DNA from: Nemertoderma westbladi
Taxonomy: Eukaryota > Animalia > Xenacoelomorpha
DNA: 39,956 nucleotides
Direction of reading: 5' to 3'
Assembly: GCA_032718475.1 (NCBI GenBank)
Contig: JAUCBJ010000791.1
Span: 1 to 39,956 of the forward strand
Shown: positions 12,346-24,889 of the stretch, one piece after another
Position numbering within the stretch: position 1 is the first letter of the stretch
Layout: each line of letters begins with the position of its first letter
Position numbers and translations under genes: made by a program
Notes under the pieces: generated by a model
Databases searched by the model: none
Seen by the model: only the letters and a program-made list of their open reading frames with translations
Told to the model about the DNA's origin: nothing

Positions 12346-13183
12346 GCTCCGATATAATTAAACTGTTAAACCACTACACAATGAATTTCCTTGATATAAA
12401 TGGTTCCGCATGCACCAATATGAAGTCTTAATAAATTATTAGTTTTTCTGTATTCGATATAAAGTAGGCCCTAAAGTGTTTCTGTCACGCAGGGGTCAAG
12501 TACAGGCATTCACAAGAACGAGCATAGCGAGTTAGTGAATATTCTCGAATGTCTCCTCAATAAGCTCAAATCTATGTGAAACTGCGTCCTATCGAAGAAC
12601 AATAAACACCGATGTTAGTCTTTATTATCATGAAACTTTTAAATAATAACTCGTAAATGTGTCGGGAAGCTCAAGAAATATTTCAGATCCTGGCTGACTA
12701 GGCTCCAAATGTCCCATTTAGATAGGGTGGGCACTGACTCACTATTTTTATCCAGTTTACAAAAGGTTTTAGAAAACTATTACGCCTATCAGTGGTCCAA
12801 AGTTAGGCTACCACTGTAGCACCTGCACCTGCTCTGCATGATGTGTTCTACAGTAAATATGGATCTGGCGCGCCTATAGTTTATTAAAACATACTTTTTT
12901 CACCAAAATTAAATGATACATTTATCGAAAATATCGGACGATGAGGGAAAATTTTAAATATTATTAAATTAAATTAATTAAAAAATTTTAATTTTCCGAT
13001 ATCTACTGTACTTATACAGTATTTAGTTATGCATTATTTAATCATTCTGAACGCACAAATACATTTTAATGATTTAATATATATTGATATATATTTAATC
13101 CCCCCAAAATACCAAGCCCCATTTACTTCACTTGCCCCCAAACAAAACCCTTTTAGAAATGTTAATAATGTGGAATAACACAT

Positions 13184-13314
13184 TTATTGCCCGGTTATCA
13201 AGTTATTATCCCTAATATTTTACCCTCGGGCAGGAAACCCTCGGGCTACGCCCTCGGGTTATTCCTGCCCTCGGGTAAAATATACGGGAAAATAACTTGA
13301 TAACCGCGCAATAA
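13184..13314. repeat. 131-bp imperfect inverted repeat with four CCCTCGGG boxes
   Basis: Arms TTATTGCCCGGTTATCAAGTTATT... / ...AATAACTTGATAACCGCGCAATAA with apex GGGC-TAC-GCCC. Confidence 0.9.
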
Positions 13315-13584
13315 GTATTGATATTGAGACTTTCTGTTACAACCTATTGTACTCTCTTGGCGATGTTCCAATATAGTCTAACAGTATTAGCTGGGTCGAC
13401 TAAAGGGAAGTTAATTCCATAGAGGCAGTTTCCACTAATATGGTTGACCTTATTTCATTGCAGTTTTAACTAATAATAGAGGCTCAAATATCAGTGTTGT
13501 ACATCGAGATCAGTTGGCAATTTAGCAACTTGAAGGGGAGGAGTAGTCGTACTTTTGCGCTATTATAGTAGTAGAGATTTCCAA

Positions 13585-13930
13585 AACTACATAACTACAA
13601 CTACAGTACTAAAATGTCGAACGAACTCTGACAGTGGAAATGAGATCCTTCAAGGCTTCCCGATTCTCCATAGTTGTCGCAATTTCGTTTCTCCCAAGTT
13701 CAGTATCCCTTTCAAGTTGATCTATATATGTTATGGCCGGTCGTCCACGACTACGCTTTCCATGAGTTGGCTGCCAGAAAAGTAGATCTGGTATGACCTC
13801 ATCTTTACTTCGCCAGCAGTGCCCACTGAATCTTAATCTGCGTTCACGGAGGGTGGTTGATACAGGTGGTATTGTACCATAAAGCTCGGCGTTTGTCATG
13901 TTGTCTCCAGCTGATGTTTAGGGCTGCCCT
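13585..13930 (-). mobile_element. 5'-truncated RTE-clade LINE (ORF C-terminus and tail)
   Basis: RAALNISWRQH/MTNAELYG...RRLRFSGHCWRS...RGRPAITYIDQL, followed by a TAG/GTAGT-rich tail. Confidence 0.8.
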
Positions 13931-14321
13931 GCCCGTCTTGTGTATAGCAACCATCAATTCGTTTGTTAATGAAAATAATCAAAACAATAAATGTGCATTA
14001 AGCATTAAATATTGTCAAATTAAAATTAAAGAACCCCAACAATCCTTCTATATTTATTTTATTTTATTCTTAAATTGTTACTTTTTCGCCCTAATAATTA
14101 TAACCCAAAATAAGGAGAAAAGGAGGTACTTTTTTTCCCGGCGTAAAAAAGAAAATGGAAAATTAATAAAATTAATGTATATTCTATAATTTCTTTGTTC
14201 TACTTATCGCCGTTCTGAGTGCTTAAAATTATTTTATTATTATCATAATTTTTATGTTTAAGAATATTAATTATTCCTAAATTGCATCGTGATTTGGTTT
14301 GATAATTTCCAAATTAAAGTC

Positions 14322-16673
14322 TCTGCACCATGTGTCTGCACCATGTGTCTGCACCAAGTGTCTGCACCATGTGTCTGCGCCATGTGTCTGCACCATGTGT
14401 CTGCATCATGTGTCTACACCGTGTGTCTGCAGCTCTGCACCATGTGTCTGCACCAAGTGTCTTCACCAAGTGTCTGCACCATGTGTCTGCACCATGTGTC
14501 TGTACCATGTGTCTGCACCATGTGTCTACACCATGTGTCTGCACCAAGTGTCTGCACCGTGTGTCTGCAGCTCTGCACCATGTGTCTGCACCATGTGTCT
14601 GCACCATGGGTCTGCACCAAGTGTCTGCACCATGTGCCTGCACCAAGTGTCTGCACCATGTGTCTGCACCAAGTGTCTGCACCATGTGTCTGCACCATGT
14701 GTCTGCACCAAGTATCTGCACCATGTGTCTACACCGTGTGTCTGCAGCTCTGCACCATGTGTCTGCACCAAGTGTCTGCACCATGTGTCTGCACCATGTG
14801 TCTGTACCATGTGTCTGCATCATGTGTCTGCATCATGTGTCTACACCGTGTGTCTGCAGCTCTGCACCATGTGTCTGCACCATGTTTCTGCACCAAGTGT
14901 CTGCACCATGTGTCTGCACCATATGTCTGCAACAAGTGTCTGCACCAAGTGTCTGCCCCAAGTGTCTCCAAGTGTCTGCACCATTGTCTGTACCATGGGT
15001 CTGCACCATGTGTCTGCACCATGTGTCTGCACCAGTGCCTGCACCAAGTGTCTGCATCAAGTGTCTGCACCATGTGTCCACACCATGTGTGTACAGCTCT
15101 GCACCATGTGTCTGCAGCACTGCACCTTATGTCTGCACTGCACCAGTGTCTGCAGGCTGCACCATGTGTCTGTACCATGTGTCTGCACCAAGTGTCTGCG
15201 CCATGTGTCTACACAGTGTGTCTGCACCATGTGTCTGCAGCTCTGCACCATGTGTCTGCACCAAGTGTCTGCACCATGTGTCTGCGCCATGTGTCTGCAC
15301 CATGTGTCTGCATCATGTGTCTACACCGTGTGTCTGCAGCTCTGCACCATGTGTCTGCACCAAGTGTCTTCACCAAGTGTCTGCACCATGTGTCTGCACC
15401 ATGTGTCTGTACCATGTGTCTGCACCATGTGTCTACACCATGTGTCTGCACCAAGTGTCTGCACCGTGTGTCTGCAGCTCTGCACCATGTGTCTGCACCA
15501 TGTGTCTGCACCATGGGTCTGCACCAAGTGTCTGCACCATGTGCCTGCACCAAGTGTCTGCACCATGTGTCTGCACCAAGTGTCTGCACCATGTGTCTGC
15601 ACCATGTGTCTGCACCAAGTATCTGCACCATGTGTCTACACCGTGTGTCTGCAGCTCTGCACCATGTGTCTGCACCAAGTGTCTGCACCATGTGTCTGCA
15701 CCATGTGTCTGTACCATGTGTCTGCATCATGTGTCTGCATCATGTGTCTACACCGTGTGTCTGCACCATGTTTCTGCACCAAGTGTCTGCACCATGTGTC
15801 TGCACCATATGTCTGCAACAAGTGTCTGCACCAAGTGTCTGCCCCAAGTGTCTCCAAGTGTCTGCACCATTGTCTGTACCATGGGTCTGCACCATGTGTC
15901 TGCACCATGTGTCTGCACCAGTGCCTGCACCAAGTGTCTGCATCAAGTGTCTGCACCATGTGTCCACACCATGTGTGTACAGCTCTGCACCATGTGTCTG
16001 CAGCACTGCACCTTATGTCTGCACTGCACCAGTGTCTGCAGGCTGCACCATGTGTCTGTACCATGTGTCTGCACCAAGTGTCTGCGCCATGTGTCTACAC
16101 AGTGTGTCTGCACCATGTGTCTGCAGCTCTGCACCATGTGTCTGCACCGTGTGTCTGCAGCTCTGCACCATGTGTCTGCACCAAGTGTCTGCACCATGTG
16201 TCTGCACCATGTGTCTGTACCATGTGTCTGCATCATGTGTCTGCATCATGTGTCTACACCGTGTGTCTGCAGCTCTGCACCATGTGTCTGCACCATGTTT
16301 CTGCACCAAGTGTCTGCACCATGTGTCTGCACCATATGTCTGCAACAAGTGTCTGCACCAAGTGTCTGCCCCAAGTGTCTCCAAGTGTCTGCACCATTGT
16401 CTGTACCATGGGTCTGCACCATGTGTCTGCACCATGTGTCTGCACCAGTGCCTGCACCAAGTGTCTGCATCAAGTGTCTGCACCATGTGTCCACACCATG
16501 TGTGTACAGCTCTGCACCATGTGTCTGCAGCACTGCACCTTATGTCTGCACTGCACCAGTGTCTGCAGGCTGCACCATGTGTCTGTACCATGTGTCTGCA
16601 CCAAGTGTCTGCGCCATGTGTCTACACAGTGTGTCTGCACCATGTGTCTGCAGCTCTGCACCATGTGTCTGTA
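14322..16673. repeat. 13-bp minisatellite with higher-order duplication
   Basis: Unit TGTGTCTGCACCA, about 180 copies; identical ORF-track peptides recur at offsets 907 and 1413. Confidence 0.97.
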
Positions 16674-16749
16674 TCAAATTCAATACGAAAAAATATTACG
16701 ATGCAAAGAACGAAAATTTCATTTTGTCTGTTAATCATGTCCCAAATTG

Positions 16750-16752
<3 letters not shown>

Positions 16753-16784
<32 letters not shown>
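16753..16784. repeat. C32 homopolymer
   Basis: 32 C, flanked by the inverted pair AATTGTA / TACAATT. Confidence 0.95.
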
Positions 16785-16829
16785 TACAATTATACCAACA
16801 GTTCTTCTCAGATTGGCTTTCATTTCCAG

Positions 16830-17180
16830 GCTATCAACGCCAAGTTAAAAGATGGGCGAATGAAACTCCTTTCCGAAGTTATCACCGGGATCCAGGTGTT
16901 GAAACTGTATGCGTGGGAGAAGGCCTACAAGAAACGGGTAGAGGACATCCGGGATAAGGAGATATCCATTCTCCGACGCTACTTGTTCCTTGGTGCAGGT
17001 TCCTCCTTCCTCTGGAACGCTTCCATCATGATCGTTGCCCTTATCTCCTTCGCCGTTTATGTTTTATCCGACCCCGCCAACGTTCTCACTCCCGAGAAAG
17101 TTTTCGTTTCTCTCGCCTTGTTCAACAACCTCGGATTCCCCATATCCATTCTACCAGCGTTGATCGGAATGCTGATACAG
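16830..17180 (+). CDS. ABCC1: ABCC1-like exon 3 (CL5 to TM10-TM11)
   Basis: tttccag| acceptor, CAG|gtatag donor. Peptide KDGRMKLLSEVITGIQVLKLYAWE...LTPEKVFVSLALFN. Confidence 0.93.
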
Positions 17181-17282
17181 GTATAGTTATAAATTAATTA
17201 TAGATGATACTGAAACTAGTTAGAGATTAGATAGCTATGTTTCAAATTTCATGCAATCTCATTAAGATTTGTAGAACAATTT

Positions 17283-17309
17283 GGGGGGGGGGGGGGGGGG
17301 GGTGGGGGG
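17283..17309. repeat. G-tract G20-T-G6
   Basis: Seen directly. Confidence 0.95.
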
Positions 17310-17868
17310 CCGGGCCGCCAGGCTATAGAAAAGTGGCCAAATTAACTCAAAGTAAATTGGAGAAGATGATGCCTCTTTCTATTTGGCACGAGAGTTATAT
17401 TTTCAACCTCACGTAGATCAGAATTTTATCCAATGAAATAACTCGTCTTCATACGACCTGTATTTTTCAAGATATGGATGTTTCATTAAAAGTGGTCAAA
17501 AAGTGCAAGTATCCGTACTTTTCGTATTTCCTTAACTTTGGTGAAAATGTGGCAATTCGATGATATTTCGGTTTTTGAGGATGCTGGTTCCGATGACAGA
17601 CCTCATTTTTCTTGAAAATAGTCAGAAAAAAATAGAAAATATAATTTTTCTTTATTGGTTTTTAATATTTTTAATATTTAATTATAGTTTTACTATACTG
17701 TACTGTCAATATCTGAATGTCGGTAAAGTTTGGACTTATGGTAGAATAGTAGGCCGAGCTACAGCAACTTTATATGATATGTAATTTTCTCCGTGTCACG
17801 ACAAGAAATCCTTGTATTTCTCCCGTAATTGACCGAATCTCGCGAATAACAATGGGAAGAAACCATTA

Positions 17869-19844
17869 TCCACATCGTTGTTTCTTTCCCCTTTCCACAC
17901 ATTGTTTATTTCCCATTTCCACTCATTGTTTATTTACCCTTTCCACACATTGTTTATTTCCCTTCCCACATTGTTTATTTCCCCTTTCCACACATTGTTT
18001 ATTTCCCTTCCAACATTGTTTATTTCCCCTTTCCACACATTGTTTATTTACCCTTTCCACACATTGTTTATTTCCCTTTCCACACATTGTTTATTTCCCT
18101 TCCAACATTGTTTATTTCCCCTTTCCACACATTGTTTATTTACCCTTTCCACACATTGTTTATTTCCCCTTTCCACACATTGTTTATTTACCCTTTCCAC
18201 ACATTGTTTATTTCCCTTCCAACATTGTTTATTTCCCCTTTCCACACATTGTTTATTTACCCTTTCCACACATTGTTTATTTCCATTTCCACACATTGTT
18301 TATTTCCCTTTCCACACATTGTTTATTTCCCCTTTCCACACATTGTTTATTTACCCTTTCCACACATTGTTTATTTCCCTTCCAACATTGTTTATTTCCC
18401 CTTTCCACACATTGTTTATTTACCCTTTCCACACATTGTTTATTTCCATTTCCACACATTGTTTATTTCCCTTTCCACACATTGTTTATTTCCCTTCCAA
18501 CATTGTTTATTTCCCCTTTCCACACATTGTTTATTTCCTTTCCAACATTGTTTATTTACCCTTTCCACACATTGTTTATTTCCCCTTTCCACACATTGTT
18601 TATTTTCCCTTTCCACACATTGTTTATTTACCCTTTCCACACATTGTTTATTTCCCTTCCAACATTGTTTATTTCCCCTTTCCACACATTGTTTATTTAC
18701 CCTTTCCACACATTGTTTATTTCCCTTCCCACACATTGTTTATTTCCCCTTTCCACTCATTGTTTATTTCCCTTTTCCACACATTGTTTATTTCCCCTTT
18801 CCACACATTGTTTATTTACCCTTTCCACACATTGTTTATTTCCCTTCCCACACATTGTTTATTTCCCCTTTCCACACATTGTTTATTTTCCCTTTCCACA
18901 CATTGTTTATTTACCCTTTCCACACATTGTTTATTTCCCTTCCAACATTGTTTATTTCCCCTTTCCACACATTGTTTATTTACCCTTTCCACACATTGTT
19001 TATTTCCCTTCCCACACATTGTTTATTTCCCCTTTCCACTCATTGTTTATTTCCCTTTTCCACACATTGTTTATTTCCCCTTTCCACACATTGTTTATGT
19101 CCCCTTTCCACACATTGTTCATTTCCCCTTTCCATCCTCCACATTGTTTATTTCCCCTTTCCACTCATTGTTTATTTCCCTTTTCCACACATTGTTTATT
19201 TCCCTTTTCCACGCATTGTTCATTTCCCCTTTCCATCCTCCACATTGTTTATTTCCCTTTTCCACACATTGTTTATTTCCCCTTTCCACACATTGTTTAT
19301 TTACCGTTTCCACACATTGTTTATTTCCCCTTTCCACGCATTGTTTATTTCCCCTTTCCATCCTCCACATTGTTTATTTCCCTTTCCACGCATTGTTTCT
19401 TTCCCCTTTCCACACATTGTTTATTTCCCCCTTCCACACATTGTTTATTTCCCTTCCCACACATTGTTTATTTCCCCTTTCAAAACATTATTTATTTCCT
19501 CTTGCCATCCACCACATTGTTTATTTCCCTTCCCACACATTGTTTATTTCGCCTTTCCATCCTCCACATTGTTTATTTCCCCTTTCCACACATTGTTTAT
19601 TTACCCTTTCCATCCTCCACATTGTTTATTTCCCCTTTCCACTCATTGTTTATTTCACTTTTTCACACATTGTTTATTTCGCCTTTCCACACATTGTTTA
19701 TTTCCCCTTTCCATCCTCCACATTGTTTATTTCCCCTTTCCACTCATTGTTTATTTCACTTTTTCACACATTGTTTATTTCCCCTTTCCACAAATTGTAT
19801 TTCCCCTTTCCACACATTGTATTTCCCCTTGCCATCCTCCACAG
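17869..19844. repeat. ~24-bp pyrimidine-rich minisatellite running into the exon-4 acceptor
   Basis: Unit CACACATTGTTTATTTCCCCTTTC (21-27 bp variants), about 80 copies; the last unit ends ccatcctccacag|. Confidence 0.96.
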
Positions 19845-20132
19845 CTGAACGTTTCGTTATCCCGATTGAACCGATTCTTCCGTCTTCCCGAACTCGATCC
19901 CTCCACCGTATCCTCCGTTTGCGTCTCCGACCTCTGCGCTTTGAGTATCCGGAACGCAACATTCTCATGGGACAGAACGGATCCCGCAGCCACCGTCCTC
20001 AGTGACGTCACTACCTCGGTGAAGACTGGCCAGCTGGTCGGCGTTGTTGGACAGATTGGCTCCGGAAAGAGTAGTCTACTGTCTGCTGTACTGGGCGAAT
20101 TGGATAAACTCCATGGAGATATATGTGCCCAG
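19845..20132 (+). CDS. ABCC1: ABCC1-like exon 4 (NBD1 start, Walker A)
   Basis: LNVSLSRLNRFF...NATFSW...VVGQIGSGKSSLLSAVLGEL; donor CAG|gtgagc. Confidence 0.93.
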
Positions 20133-20250
20133 GTGAGCCAATAGCAACCCTTATAGTGTGAGGGAAGATTAGCCAATCACAGCCTATGGTTTGGGAGGGT
20201 GGGTCACATGGAAATCAATTGTCTGCGGTCAGTGGTCTGTGCAGTCAGCT

Positions 20251-20388
20251 GATAGCGGTGTGTTTGTGCGTACCAAGGTTGTATGGTGATAGCGGTACGT
20301 TTGTGTGTACCAAGGTTGTATGGTGATAGCGGTACGTTTGTGTGTACCAAGGTTTTCCGGTGATAGTGGCATGTTTGTGTGTACCAAG
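20251..20388. repeat. 37-bp tandem repeat, ~3.7 copies
   Basis: GATAGCGGTACGTTTGTGTGTACCAAGGTTGTATGGT starting at 20251, 20288, 20325 and 20362. Confidence 0.9.
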
Positions 20389-20624
20389 TAATTAATTATA
20401 TAATTAAAGTTTAATATTAATGTTGGGTATCAGAATCATGATGCCGTCTCTGTATTATTCTTCAGCCAAGATTCTATTGATTGTTTCTATTAATATGAAA
20501 GTTGAATTTAGTGTTTCGTATTCGATTTTATCAATTGAAATATCTCGACATATTTCCATTTAGTCTCTTGTTTTAATGTTACACTCGCGCCAGAGTAAAA
20601 TACAGACATTTCATTACCTTACAG

Positions 20625-20801
20625 AGTAACGTCGCCTATGTCAGTCAACAGGCCTGGATACAGAACGCCACACTGCGTGATAATATATTATTCTGCACCC
20701 CAATGGATAAACATCGGTATTGCAAAGTTCTACAGGCCTGTGGTCTGAAACCAGATTTAAAGCAGTTACATGCTAGGGACATGACAGAAATAGGTGAAAA
20801 G
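20625..20801 (+). CDS. ABCC1: ABCC1-like exon 5 (Q-loop); not in the ORF track
   Basis: cttacag| acceptor. Translated by hand: SNVAYVSQQAWIQNATLRDNILF...DMTEIGEK; donor AAG|gttagt. Confidence 0.93.
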
Positions 20802-23800
20802 GTTAGTCTGGGAGACCGACCGAAATAGGTGGAAAGGTTAGTCCGGGGGACCGACCGAAATAGGTGGAAAGGTTAGTCCGGGGGACCGACCGAAATAGGT
20901 GGAAAGGTTAGTCCGGGGGACCGACCGAAATAGATGGAAAGGTTAGTCTGAGGGACAGACCGAAATAGGTGAAAAGGTTAGTCTGGGGGACAGACCGAAA
21001 TAGGTGAAAAGGTTAGTCTGGGGGACAGACCGAAATAGGTGAAAAGATTAGTCCGGGGGACTGACCGAAATAGGTGAAAAGGTTAGTCCGGGGGTCCGAC
21101 CGAAATAGATGGAAAGGTTAGTCTGAGGGACATGACCGAAATAGGTGAAAAGGTTAGTCTGGGAGACCGACAGAAATATGAAAAGGTTGGTCTGGGAGAC
21201 AGACAGAAATAGGTGAAAAGGTTAGTCTGGGGGACAGACCGAAATAGGTGAAAAGGTTAGTCTGGGGGACAGACAGAAATAGGTGAAAAGGCTAGTCTGG
21301 GGGACAAACAGAAATAGGTGAAAAGGTTAGTATGGGAGACCGACCGAAATAGGTGGAAAGGTTAGTCCGGGAGACCGACAGAAATATGAAAAGGTTGGTC
21401 TGGGAGACAGACAGAAATAGGTGAAAAGGTTAGTCTGGGAGACCGACCGAAATAGATGGAAAGGTTAGTCTGAGGGACATGACCGAAATAGGTGAAAAGG
21501 TTAGTCTGGGAGACCGACAGAAATATGAAAAGGTTGGTCTGGGAGACAGACAGAAATAGGTGAAAAGGTTAGTCTGGGAGACCGACCGAAATAGGTGGAA
21601 AGGTTAGTCCGGGGGACCGACCGAAATAGGTGGAAAGGTTAGTCCGGGGGACAGACCGAAATAGGTGAAAAGGTTAGTCCGGGGGACAGACCGAAATAGA
21701 TGGAAAGGTTAGTCTGAGGGACAGACAGAAATAGGTGAAAAGGTTAGTCTGGGGGACAGACCGAAATAGGTGAAAAGGTTAGTCCGGGGGACCGACCGAA
21801 ATAGGTGAAAAGGTTAGTCTGGGGGACAGACAGAAATAGGTGAAAAGGTTAGTCTGGGGGACAGACAGAAATAGGTGAAAAGGTTAGTCTGGGGGACAGA
21901 CAGAAATAGGTGAAAAGGTTAGTCTGGGGGACAGACAGAAATAGGTGAAAAGGTTAGTCTGGGGGACAGACAGAAATAGGTGAAAAGGTTAGTCTGGGGG
22001 ACAGACAGAAATAGGTGGAAAGGTTAGTCTGAGGGACATGACCGAAATAGGTGAAAAGGTTAGTCTGGGAGACCGACAGAAATATGAAAAGGTTGGTCTG
22101 GGAGACAGACAGAAATAGGTGAAAAGGTTAGTCCGGGGGACCGACCGAAATAGGTGGAAAGGTTAGTCCGGGGGACCGACCGAAATAGATGGAAAGGTTA
22201 GTCTGAGGGACATGACCGAAATAGGTGAAAAGGTTAGTCTGGGAGACCGACAGAAATATGAAAAGGTTGGTCTGGGAGACAGACAGAAATAGGTGAAAAG
22301 GTTAGTCCGGGGGACCGACCGAAATAGGTGGAAAGGTTAGTCCGGGGGACCGACCGAAATAGGTGGAAAGGTTAGTCCGGGGGACAGACCGAAATAGGTG
22401 AAAAGGTTAGTCCGGGGGACAGACAGAAATAGGTGAAAAGGTTAGTCTGGGGGACAGACAGAAATAGGTGAAAAGGTTAGTCTGGGGGACAGATAGAAAT
22501 AGGTGAAAAGGTTAGTCTGAGGGACAGACCGAAATAGGTGAAAAGGTTAGTCTGGGGGACAAACAGAAATAGATGGAAAGGTTAGTCTGGGAGACAGACA
22601 GAAATATGTGAAAAGGTTAGTCTGGGGGACAGACAGAAATATGTGAAGAGGTTAGTCTGAGGGACAGACCGAAATAGGTGAAAAGGTTAGTCTGGGAGAC
22701 AGACAGAAATATGTGAAAAGGTTAGTCTGGGGGACAGACAGAAATATGTGAAAAGGTTAGTCTGGGGGACAGACAGAAATAGGTGAAAAGGTTAGTCTGG
22801 GGGACAGACAGAAATAGGTGAAAAGGTTAGTCTGGGGGACAGACAGAAATAGGTGAAAAGGTTAGTCTGGGGGACAGACAGAAATAGGTGAAAAGGTTAG
22901 TCTGGGGGACAGACCGAAATAGGTGAAAAGGTTAGTCTGGGGGACAGACATAAATAGGTGAAAAGGTTAGTCTGAGGGACAGACCGAAATAGGTGAAAAG
23001 GTTAGTCTGGGCAAACAGAAATAGATGGAAAGGTTAGTCTGGGAGACAGACAGAAATATGTGAAAAGGTTAGTCTGGGAGACAGACAGAAATAGGTGAAA
23101 AGGTTAGTCTGGGGGACAAACAGAAATAGATGGAAAGGTTAGTCTGGGGGACAAACAGAAATAGATGGAAAGGTTAGTCTGGGAGACAGACAGAAATATG
23201 TGAAAAGGTTAGTCTGGGGGACAGACAGAAATATGTGAAAAGGTTAGTCTGAGGGACAGACCGAAATAGGTGAAAAGGTTAGTCTGGGGGGGGGGACAGA
23301 CAGAAATATGTGAAAAGGTTAGTCTGGGGGACAAACAGAAATAGATGGAAAGGTTAGTCTGGGAGACAGACAGAAATATGTGAAAAGGTTAGTCTGGGGG
23401 ACAGACAGAAATATGTGAAAAGGTTAGTCTGGGGGACAGACAGAAATAGGTGAAAAGGTTAGTCTGGGGGACAGACAGAAATAGGTGAAAAGGTTAGTCT
23501 GGGGGACAGACAGAAATAGGTGAAAAGGTTAGTCTGGGGGACAGACAGAAATAGGTGAAAAGGTTAGTCTGAGGGACAGACCGAAATAGGTGAAAAGGTT
23601 AGTACGGGGGACAGACAGAAATATGTGAAAAGGTTAGTCTGGGGGACAGACAGAAATAGGTGAAAAGGTTAGTCTGGGGGACAGACCGAAATAGGTGAAA
23701 AGGTTAGTCTGGGGGACAGACAGAAATAGGTGAAAAGGTTAGTCTGAGGGACAGACCGAAATAGGTGAAAAGGTTAGTCTGAGGGACAGACCGAAATAGG

Positions 23801-24460
23801 TGAAAAGGTTAGTACGGGGGACAGACAGAAATATGTGAAAAGGTTAGTCTGGGGGACAGACAGAAATAGGTGAAAAGGTTAGTCTGGGGGACAGACCGAA
23901 ATAGGTGAAAAGGTTAGTCTGGGGGACAGACCGAAATAGGTGAAAAGGTTAGTCTGGGGGACAGACAGAAATAGGTGAAAAGGTTAGTCTGAGGGACAGA
24001 CCGAAATAGGTGAAAAGGTTAGTCTGGGCAAACAGAAATAGATGGAAAGGTTAGTCTGGGAGACAGACAGAAATATGTGAAAAGGTTAGTCTGGGGGACA
24101 GACAGAAATAGGTGAAAAGGTTAGTCTGGGGGACAGACCGAAATAGGTGAAAAGGTTAGTCTGGGGTCAGACCGAAATATGTGAAAAGGTTAGTCCGGGA
24201 GACAGACAGAAATAGGTGAAAATGTTATTCTACTAGACAGACAGAAATAGATGAAAAGGTTAGTCTGGGAGACGAGATAGACCGAAATAGGTGAAAAGGT
24301 TAGTCTGGGATACGAGACAGACATAAATAGATGAAAAGTTTAGTCTGGGAGACGACACAGACATAAATAGGATGAAAAGGTTAGTCTGGGAGACGAGACA
24401 GACCGAAATAGATGAAAAGTTTAGTCTGGGGGGCAGACCGAATTATGTGACGAGGTTAGT
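20775..24460. repeat. 35/36-bp minisatellite made of the exon-5 3' end plus donor site (~105 copies)
   Basis: Unit GGGGACAGACAGAAATAGGTGAAAAG|GTTAGTCTG; the first copy is the exon itself. Confidence 0.97.
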
Positions 24461-24479
24461 CAGAAACTAATGTACATAA

Positions 24480-24701
<222 letters not shown>

Positions 24702-24889
24702 TAGAGAAATGGATATACATTATTCACATCATAAACCAACATATTAATATAAATAATGTTCATTTTGTAAGACTTATTCCAAACCTTCATTTGGGACATG
24801 ATATATCATCGTGTTGGGCCGTGCCATCGCGTTTCCCGGTCTGATCGATTGGGGTTAATGAAGGTCTTCGTAATCTTCGTAATATTTAT

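Noticed and set aside
13857-14189. 110-aa ORF
   Set aside because: It is AT-rich low-complexity intron sequence overlapping a LINE antisense, with no motifs.
14289-16957. Large Cys/His-rich proteins (965, 875 and 811 aa) and their antisense ORFs
   Set aside because: These are translations of a 13-bp repeat open in all frames; only 16830-17180 is a real exon.
17774-20144. Phe/Pro/His-rich ORFs of 650-740 aa
   Set aside because: These are translations of a stop-free pyrimidine repeat; only 19845-20132 is exon.
20136-20180. Two CCAAT boxes as an internal promoter
   Set aside because: These are short motifs with no other support.
632-24460. CRISPR arrays (35-37 bp repeats)
   Set aside because: The repeats are contiguous with no unique spacers, there are no cas genes, and the context is spliceosomal introns.
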